From the NCBI GenBank assembly GCA_965153355.1, contig OZ231126.1, forward strand, positions 20,956,001-21,020,000: a stretch of DNA of 64,000 bases, written 5' to 3'. Of this stretch, positions 54,182 through 64,000 are shown in pieces. Position numbers and translations under genes: made by a program. The stretch comes from Flaccisagitta enflata (lineage: Eukaryota). Numbering within the stretch: position 1 is the stretch's first letter; every line of letters begins with the position of its first letter. The notes beneath the pieces were generated by a model that had not been told where the DNA came from, did no database searches, and saw nothing but the letters and a program-made list of their open reading frames with translations.

Positions 54182-54769
54182 GTTCATACTCTTGCGGTCA
54201 CCAGCATCACCCACCCTACATGTAACTGTGACTGCCAACCGACCGACCAACCATGTCACCTAATTGACATGTCACCAAATTGACTGACTCACTAATCGAC
54301 CATGAAAACAATTTAACCGTCTTGCTAAACTGATCGCGTATGTGCAAATGCATACACACACGCACTCGTCGTACAGGGAGGCGAGGGAGATGCACACGCA
54401 CATGCACATCCACTCGCACTCTCACTCGCACTCGCACACACACTTACGCGCGCAGGCGTTGAGCCTCCTCTGTATCGCGTGATTGCAGTCTGTCATCATC
54501 GCGATGACAAATGTTGAAGCATCAAAATGGAAGTCGGTATCAACTTCAAAGAGAAAATCAAAGAGCGGCAAATAACGAGAAATTCCCTACCGTGTAACCC
54601 GCATACGAGAAGATTTATGTGCAACTCCTTATCTGTTTCTCTTTTTCTGTCTGCTTTATCAGTCCGTTTTCAATCTTCCTGTCTGACTGCCTGTCTGACT
54701 GCCTGTCTGTTTGTGTATCTGGTTGCGCATGGCTGTTCTTGCCTTTGCATGTCTTTTTGTACGTGTCTA

Positions 54770-54916
<147 letters not shown>

Positions 54917-55141
54917 CATTCCATATCTGCCATCCTTCTCCCCACTGCATACATCACTCTGGCTCTATGACTCAAACACAGGAGCCGAGTGTTCATGTGA
55001 CCACCACTGACGCAATACAAATCTACCAAAGAGCAGAGATGAATTATTGACCACCTCTCACTGAGACTCTCTCTCTTTCTTTCTTACTCTCTCTTATTTA
55101 CACGCGCGAAGGGTTCTCTCTGTCCATGCCCGTGTTTGAGT

Positions 55142-55243
<102 letters not shown>

Positions 55244-55952
55244 TTAGTGTGATTCAAGTGGTGGTGATCTTTGACTCTTCGAGAGCCCTCAGTTCAACGG
55301 TGCTTGCAGAGGGTCATGAATCACACTCAACTGTGTAGAAGCTTTTGGTTTAAGATTTCGTTGTTTGTTTGTTTTTGCAATTGAGCTGTTTAGCTATCAC
55401 AAGTATCACATACAACAAGATCTTGACAATTAAGAAATAAGGATCCTCGTGTAGGGGTTTGGTACATGTAAAAGAAAGATTTATTCAAAAAAGAAATCAT
55501 TTTGAAGGGTGAAAAACATAAACTAAAGTGACAATGAAAAAAGTAACCCGGGGTTACAATATATATCGTCGCGGACGGGTAGGTAAGGGCGTACCAGTCA
55601 ATTAGTTTAGGACAAGAGACATCCATGACATATATGGAAATCCCTCTCTATCCGGTTGGGGAGTTCGTCAGGCTGAGACTTCTGGTCACTTTACAATAAA
55701 ATGGAGAAGAAAAAAAGAAGGAAAAGAGGGGGGGGGGAGAAAGAAAAAAGAAAGAAAATGTTTTTTTGTGTCCAATAGAGTTGTAGTTTAAGCATAAAAA
55801 GGCTTTGTAAATAGAATGAATAGTTAGTTAATGAAACGCTGTACAGATCTTTTTTGTAATCGCTTGAAATCGCTGTCGGGCTCGCTGATGACCCTGAACT
55901 TTTTGCTCCTTTACACCGATGTGTACAAACCGCCTCGCTTCCCCCTCCACTC

Positions 55953-56170
<218 letters not shown>

Positions 56171-57477
56171 ACACACACACTTCACGCTTCCACAACCGCA
56201 GAACCTTTAATGCGCGTTTTCATTGTATTTGTGTATTGAATAAGTCCTAGGAAGACTTCAAAATGGCCTCTTGATTCTACTTTTGTGCCAAGCAAAAATT
56301 TCCCCTGAACGCTGCCGACTGAATATAAGCATGGAGATCAGTTAAAAGATAGGCAGGGTTATCTTGTCTACCAAAATTTCACAGCTCTAACATAGTTGAC
56401 TAAAGCGGTTTCCGCATTGGGAAAATTAATGAGATATTACATGGGGAATGTCTAGATAGAATCACGGCGTTGCACCCTATGCAACAACCCCTTGAGTCCA
56501 AGCAGCAGCCTAGAAATTCCGGCGAGGCAACAGCACTACAGCAGGCTACTAGCCTGCTACGGGACGAAGAATACGCGAAATACCATCTTGATCTTTGAAC
56601 ATTTTTTCAGAACATGTATCATCAATTCAAACTTTTTCGCGGGAGGCCTTATGAAACACATGACGATGTTTTGAAGTTTTACATGCGCATAAAGTTTTAT
56701 TTTTGATTTAATTCACAACAAAAAAAATTAGCTTTGAGTTATCTTTCCAACTAAAATCAACCATCTTCCAAATAAACTAAGTTGCAGTAGAGCAGTCATC
56801 ATAAAACTACAATATGCAAATGATATCAATGCTGACTGAAATCGCCCTCATATCCACCTTCTTTCTCTTTTTCTTTTTAGATGCGTCCTCGCATCTCTAT
56901 AAGAGGGTGTGTACGTCCGTCCGTCCGTCCCCCATTTTCTCAAAATCAGTTTACGCACTCCACACACTCAAAAACCACCCCTTACCCTTTTTAGATGCGT
57001 CCTCGCGTCTCTTGAGCTGCTCTCTCAAACAGTCCCCAATTGATTAGCTAGATTAACTGTCTTCTTTGATCATGCCCCCGTCCCTCTAACCTCCACAATT
57101 CAATTTTTCTAATATTGAAATACATGTTTTTCTTTTACTTATACAGCATATCATTCCTTAAGTTCCTTAAAGACTGAATGATATGGGACGTGTTATAAGA
57201 AAGAAGTAGATTGCGTTTGATCTCCAAATTTCTAATTCCAAAAATACTTTTAAAGAAGAAATCTAAGAAAATAAAGAATTCATGAAAAATGAACTAACAT
57301 TTAATTTATTCAAATAGTATCAGAATAAAGAAATTTTCCTTTCACTCTTTAACATCCATATTCATCAAGCATCGTCATGGTCAGAAATTGTTTTTTGTGT
57401 AGAAAAGTCATCTGAACATTGCATACCAACAACCTACCAGTATCAACGAGGGCACATCTATTGTTTGTCTATCAATC

Positions 57478-57660
57478 TTGTTCTTCTTCTTCTTCTTCTT
57501 CCTACTCTTCTTCTTCGTCTTCTTCTTCTCCTTCTTCTTCTTCTTCTTCTTCTTCTTCTTCTTCTTCTTCTTCTTCTTCTTCTTCCTCTTCCTCTTCGTC
57601 TTCTTCTTCTTCTTCTTCTTCTTCTTCTTCTTCTTCTTCTTCTTCTTCTTCTTCTTCCTC
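57478..57660. repeat. (TTC)n microsatellite
   Basis: Direct reading. Confidence 0.95.
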
Positions 57661-57783
57661 TCCTTCCATCGGGACCTGCCGACATCTCTCTTTCCCTGCC
57701 GAAAAGCGCCGCTGCTCGCTGCTCCAAAATCAATAGGCCTGGTTACCACTTTGCTTTGCTAAAGAGATTTATCCAGGGAGTTA

Positions 57784-60700
57784 CAGTACCGGAATCAAAG
57801 AACTGGTGATAAGGAGGGAAGCCATATCTCTCCGATTACAAGGATATGAGATCTGAAATTTTTCTGTGGTGTGTACCTATAGTACCCCCACCCCCCGTAA
57901 GGGTTTGGAGCTGTTCCGGGCATTTTTTGTTTTTGGTTGTCAAAAATTTTTTATTTCTTAAAATCACTATTGTAGGCCAAAAAAATTGTTTCAAAATTTC
58001 ATTTTTATGTTACATGTAGTCAATACCCAGAGCTACAAATTTCATTTTTTGAAAAATATTTTTGGCTGATTTTTAAGGAAATGGCACTTAAAAAAACAAA
58101 ATTTCAAAAAAATGAAAAATCGCCATATTTTCTAAAATAATTGGCTTAGCATAATAATTTTTGGCATGAAAGTAGTCCTTAGAACCCTCCATGTGTATGC
58201 AAAATTTCAACTCCCATACTTGAATTTTAAAGGAGTTATGGGATTTTAAAATTTTGATAATTTTTGGTAAAAAACATTTTTTCTTATAAATTTTTTTTTT
58301 GTGAACCATTTTTCATGAAATTTCATAGACAAGCAGAGTAATTGATGTTTTTTTGCTTCCAAAAAAAATTTGGGCACTGCGACCCCTTAAAAAAAAATTA
58401 TTTTTTCAAAAATTGCTAAAATTGTCTATTTTTCTAGGTTGAATAAAAACTGTTCCTGTCATCCGATCAACTTCATTTTTGGAGGGATTATCAACCTACA
58501 TCTGCAGTAACTATGTTTCAAATTTCAAGTAAATCGGATAATTCGTTGCAGAGATATTCAAGTTCAAAGTGGAAAGGGCGAGCTAAAATCACTGTTTCTG
58601 TGGTATTTTAATGATAAGTCTGACGGTTAGCTACAAGTGGCTCAAAAAGGTAACATTTAATCGATATAAATAAAGTCACTCCAAAATTGTTGCAAATAAG
58701 TGTTGAATATGTACCTTCAGCATAACCAACCAAAATTTTTGGATTTCACAATCTCTAAAAAAATAGGCACCAAATAAACTGCAAAAAATGCCTTTTTTTG
58801 GCATTTTTTGCCACATTTTTGGGGTGTAATGCATATTAAAAGACATCCCCATCCAAATTTTTTGTGGCATAGTAGTCCATGATATGACAAATGTCCCCCC
58901 CAAAATTTATTCATTTCCGTCACGCTTTAAGCACAAAAATTTTGGTTTAAAATGGCAAAAAATGTGATTTTTTGAATTTTTAAAGCTGTTTTTTGAGGTG
59001 TAATGCATATTAAAACACATCCCCCATCCCCAAATTTTTTGTGGCATAGTAGTCCATGATAGGACAGATGTCCCCCCAAAAATTTATTCATTTCCGTCAC
59101 GCTTTAAGCACAAAAATTTTGGTTTAAAATGGCAAAAAATGTGATTTTTTGAATTATTTAAGCTGTTTTTGGGGTGTAATGCATATTAAACGACATCCCC
59201 ATCCCCAAACTTTTTGTGGCATAGTAGTCCATGATAGGACAGATGTCCCCCCCAAAATTTATTCATTTCCGTCATGTTCTAAGCACAAAAATTTTGGTTT
59301 AAAATGGCAAAAAAAGCGATTTTTTGAATTTTTTAAGCTGTTTTTGGGGTGTAATGCATATTAAATGACATCCCCCCCCCAAATTTTTTGTGGCATAGTA
59401 GTCCATGATAGGACAGATGTCCCCCAAAAAATTTATTCATTTCCATCACGCTTTAAGCACAAAAATTTTGGTTTAAAATGGCAAAAAATGTGATTTTTTT
59501 AATTATTTAAGCTGTTTTTGGGGTGTAATGCTTATTAAACGACATCCCCATCCCCAAACTTTTTGTGGCATAGTAGTCCACTAAAGGACAGATGTCCCCC
59601 CCAAAATTCATTCATTTCCGTCACGCTTTTAGCACAAAATTTTTGGTTTAAACTGTCAAAAAATGCGATTTTTTGATTTTTTAAAGCTGTTTTTGGGGTG
59701 AATGCATATTAAACGCCATCCCCATTCCCAATTTTTTGTGCTTAAAGCGTGACGGAAATGAATAAATTTTTGGGGGGACATCTGTCCTATCATGGACTAC
59801 TATGCCACAAAAAGTTTGGGGATGGGGATGTTGTTTAATATGCATTACACGCCAAAAACAGCTTTAAAAAATTCAAAAATCGCATTTTATGCCATTTTGA
59901 ACCAAAATTTTTGTGCTTAAAGCGTGACGGAAATGAATGAATTTTTTGGGGGACATCTGTCCTAACATGGACTAATATGCCACAAAAAGTTTGGAGATGG
60001 GGATGTCGTTTAATATGCATTCACCCCAAAAACAGCTTAAATAATTCAAAAAATCGCATTTTTTGATATTTCAAACCAAAATTCTCATGCTTAAAGCGTG
60101 ACCGAAATGAATAAATTTTGGGGGGGACATCTGTCCTATCATGGACTATTATGTCACAAAAAGTTTGGGGATGGGGATGTTGTTTAATATGCATGACACC
60201 CCAAAAACAGCTTAAAAAATTCATAAAATCGCATTTTTTGCCATTTTTAATCAAAATTTTTGTGCTTAAAGCGTGAATATAAATTTGGGGGACATCTGTC
60301 ATGGACTATAACACAAAAGATGATGTGTTTTAATATGCATTACACCTCAAAAAAAACAAAAAATTTCAAAATCACATTTTTGCCATTAAGCAAAAATTTT
60401 GTTAAGTGAAAATGAATAAATTTTTGGGGACATTGTCATATATACTACTATGCCACAAAAAATTTGGATGGATGTCGTTATATGCATTACACCATAAATG
60501 TGGCAAAAAATGCCAAAAGAGCATTTTTTTTGGTGCCTATTTTTAAGATTGTGAAATCCAAAATTTTGGTTGGTTATGCTGAAGACATATTCAACACTTA
60601 TTTGTGACAATTTTTTTCTTTATTATAAACGTTACCTTTTTGAGCCACTTGTAGCTAACCGTCAATGAAGACTTATCATTAATACCACAGAAACAGTGAT

Positions 60701-61489
60701 TTTATCGCCCTTTCCACTTTGAACTTGAATATCTCTGGAACATTATCGATTTGAAATTTAAAACATAGTTACTGCAGATGTAGGTTGATAATCAAAAATG
60801 AAGTTGATCGGATAACAGGAACAGTTTTTATTCAACCTAGAAAAATAGCTAATTTTAGCAATTTTTGAGAAAAAAAATTTTTTTTAAGGGGTCGCAGTGC
60901 CCAAATTTTTTTTGGAAGCAAAAAAATATCAATTACTTTGTTTGTCTATGAAATTTCATGAAAAATGGTTCACAAAAAAAAATTTATAAGAAAAAATATT
61001 TTTTACCAAAAATTATCAAAATTTTAAAATCCCATAACTCCTTTAAAATTCAAGTATGGGAGTTGAAATTTTGCATACACATGGAGGGTTCTCAGGACTA
61101 CTTTCATGCCAAAAATTATTATGCTAAGCCAATTATTTTAGAAAATATGGCGATTTTTCATTTTTTTGAAATTTTGGTTTTTTTAGTGTCATACCCTTAA
61201 AAATTGGCCAAAAATATTTTTCAAAAAATGAAATTTGTAGCTCTAGGTAATAACTACATGGAACATAAAAATAAAATTTTGAAACAATTTTTTTGGCCTA
61301 CAATAGTGATTTTAAGAAATAAAAAATTTTTGACAACTAAAAACAAAAAATGCCCGGAACAGCTCCAAACCCTTACAGGGGGTGGGGGTACTATAGGTGC
61401 ACACCACAGAAAAATTTCAGATCTCATATCCTTGTAATTGGAGAGATATGGCTTCCCTCCTTATCACCAGTTCTTTGATTCCGGTACTG
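57784..61489. mobile_element. 3.7-kb foldback (fully palindromic) non-autonomous DNA transposon, TA TSD, Tc1/mariner-like ends, internal ~175-bp tandem repeats
   Basis: ta-cagtaccggaatcaaagaactggtgataaggagggaagccatatctctcc is exactly inverted at 61440-61489-ta; arms complementary to a centre near 59730; ggggtgtaatgcatatt-like units at 58821, 58995, 59171, 59346, 59520, 59695. Confidence 0.93.
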
Positions 61490-61951
61490 TAGTCATTGAC
61501 GCAGGAGATGAAGATCCCAGCATGGCCAATGTTCTTGATATGGAGGTTGGTATTGCAAACTATGTTTGTACTACAAACTTACAAAGGTTTATTGTAAGAC
61601 TGATCACTTCCTCTTTGAAGTCATCTCCTTCCCCTCCCCTGAAAGTAACATTGATAATGGTTCATGCTATCGAGTTTTTTAGTGAGGTCATTCGACTCCA
61701 AAGATTATGTTCTAATCGCTCTGACTTTGAGACAAGGACTAAAATTGTGACAGAGCCCTTGTTGATTGCTCCATACACGTAATAATGACTTTGTTCCGAT
61801 TTCCTCTTGAACAACGGTACAACCAATACATGAAAAAATGAATCTGACAAAGGAAAAAAGAAACTGATTAAAAAATGAGCTGAAAAAAATAGAAGTTGGT
61901 TCAAACGCTTTTTGTCGAAACAAGGGACTTTTTGTCAAATTACCTCTTTGA

Positions 61952-62122
<171 letters not shown>

Positions 62123-63083
62123 GTCCACATTCGCTGCACTTTGCTAATAAAATTTTTAACGGCTTTTTCCTTGCGGGAGTTTTTCGATCTATCCTTCCAT
62201 GCCACACCAATGAAGCTGCTGACGCCGCTGCTGTGACTGCTGCTGCAGCAGCCGCTGCTTCTGCTGCCGCGGGCCTCCGCCTTCTTTTCGCTCTTTCATC
62301 CCCTTTATTCCTTTCCTTAGAACCATTCTTTATCTCTCTCTCTCTATGTGTGTGCGTGCGTGCGTGCGAGTGTTTGTCTCATTGTGTGTGTCTGTGCGTG
62401 TGCAGAGAGGCCATCCCCGATACTGCTGTAGTCGCTGCTGCTTCTTCCTCCCTGCCATTACATAAAAAAGCAGCGTTTCTCTGCACAGTGGCTCAAGAAG
62501 AGCGTGAACAGACACAATCTTTGTATTCAGATTTCAGATGGTATTGTAAACAAAACTGAAAATTTTGGTTATGATTAATACGCTCAATCACAGTACAGGT
62601 TAAATTCTGTGCGTTTGGCTCGTCATCCTTGCGAAAGTAGTGCCTCGTCAAAGTTGCAATAACAAACCTGGATATTAACTTACTTATTTTAATGTAAACA
62701 ATTTGAGGTAAAAACGTTTATCCATTTTATCGATCTTTGAATTTGCTAGAGAGACATTTTTCGCTTTGTCTCGGATCAAGCATGAAAAAAGAACTATACT
62801 TCTGGTACAGAAATTTTCTTTGGGCCGCTGTTGGCCGCCAAACCACTGTGCTTTTACATCAGTGGATAATAAAATTTTATATCAGAGTTAGCTACTAAAA
62901 ATCGCTCCGAGCCTTCCGCCATAGAAAAAGACTCTCTTTTCAATCTAAGAGAAGACGAAAACGAAACAACATCTTTTCCTGCCTTTCGCTCTATTTTTTT
63001 TTTACCTTGCTTAACCCTCCGAGTTTTTCTTTGACGGATTTTCCTGTGTTTTTTACGGTTTCTTTTTTTCTTTTTTTTTGCTC

Positions 63084-63502
63084 TCTGCCCCTGCCCACCC
63101 GTTTGCGACTGGTACTTGACCGTGTATTCGGCCGTTTTTAGTCGCGGACACGCGACTCTACATCTTGCCGTGTCGGTCGGTAGGTCGGTATGTCTGTCCG
63201 TCGGTCCGTCACATTTTTGAATTCCGAGCGGTTTTCAAATAACTGCTCCTGCCCACTCGTTTGCGACTGGTACTTGACCGTGTATTCGGCCGTTTTTCTT
63301 AATCCCCAATCGGCTGCGAACAACTCGTAATAAGTGCTTTCTTCCTTTTTCTGCGCATAAACACTTCTTTTTAGGTGCGACAAAGCACCTCTATATCTGG
63401 CTGTGTCCGTTGGTCGGTTGGTTGGTCTGTCGGTCGGTCTGTCGGTAACGCATTCGATCGACGATCCACACGTCGCACCTATTGGCCTACTTGGCCTTGT
63501 TC
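63084..63502 (+). mobile_element. Cluster of HINE-like short elements (3' end fragment, complete copy 63134-63297, second-family copy 63368-63502)
   Basis: Duplicated 3' end cctgcccacNcgtttgcgactggtacttgaccgtgtattcggccgtttt; 5' hairpins ttagtcgcggacacgcgactcta and ttaggtgcgacaaagcacctcta. Confidence 0.7.
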
Positions 63503-64000
63503 TTCAGAACCTTGCTCAGGTCGAATTTAGCAAATGGCAAGACAGGAACAGCAATGAACGACCCTCTGTCGATATTTCATATCCATTCATAATGATTCAT
63601 TTGACATTTGTAAGCAGGTGACCGCGTGAGCAAGTCTTGGTATAGATAGTTTGAATGGATGAGAGAAAATGAATTTTCTCATCCGTCGATGGATGTCATT
63701 CATTTCAGTTTGAAGCTAAGCTCTTTTCATTTCAGGCAGTCGCCATTTTCTCGGTTTTTGTCCCTTCAGGCGATGATCAGCAGCGACATCTTAAACGCTC
63801 GGATGCTGAAAAGCTTGAAAGCTCAACATCCGAATATCCAAAATCACGCAAAAATTGAAATTTTGTTTTATCCAAAAACGAAAGCAAAAGCAAAAACAAA
63901 AACAAAAACAAAAACAAAAACAAAGACAAAGACAAAGACAAAGACAAAGACAAAGACAAAGACAAAAACAAAAACAAAAACAAAAACAAAAACAAAAACA

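Overview
AT-rich, microsatellite-dense animal (probably invertebrate) genomic DNA with one 33-N assembly gap at 33415-33447. The main gene is a two-exon posterior (Abd-B-class) Hox gene on the minus strand. Exon 1 runs from the gap to 31832, followed by a 7331-bp phase-1 intron and exon 2 (24500-24085), which carries the homeobox. The protein is at least 633 aa, with a pure (CAA)31 polyQ tract and an atypical Trp at homeodomain position 15. Across the gap, on the plus strand, six small phase-compatible exons (38936-41393), mostly missed by the ORF track, encode an internal piece of a ZNF704/ZNF395/SLC2A4RG (Glut4EF)-like protein (EEFYYTE and DHDY motifs); no zinc-finger or C-clamp exon is visible. 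Shortly downstream lies an inverted copy (42164-47934) of the Hox 3' flank (16355-23700). The two copies differ by four transposon insertions whose empty sites are visible in the other copy. The rest is non-autonomous DNA transposons: hAT-like MITEs with 8-bp TSDs, TA-flanked Tc1/mariner-like foldbacks including a 3.7-kb palindrome, a MULE-like element, and many DINE-1/Helentron-like elements carrying central minisatellite arrays, plus simple repeats. Nearly all other ORFs in the track are microsatellite artefacts.
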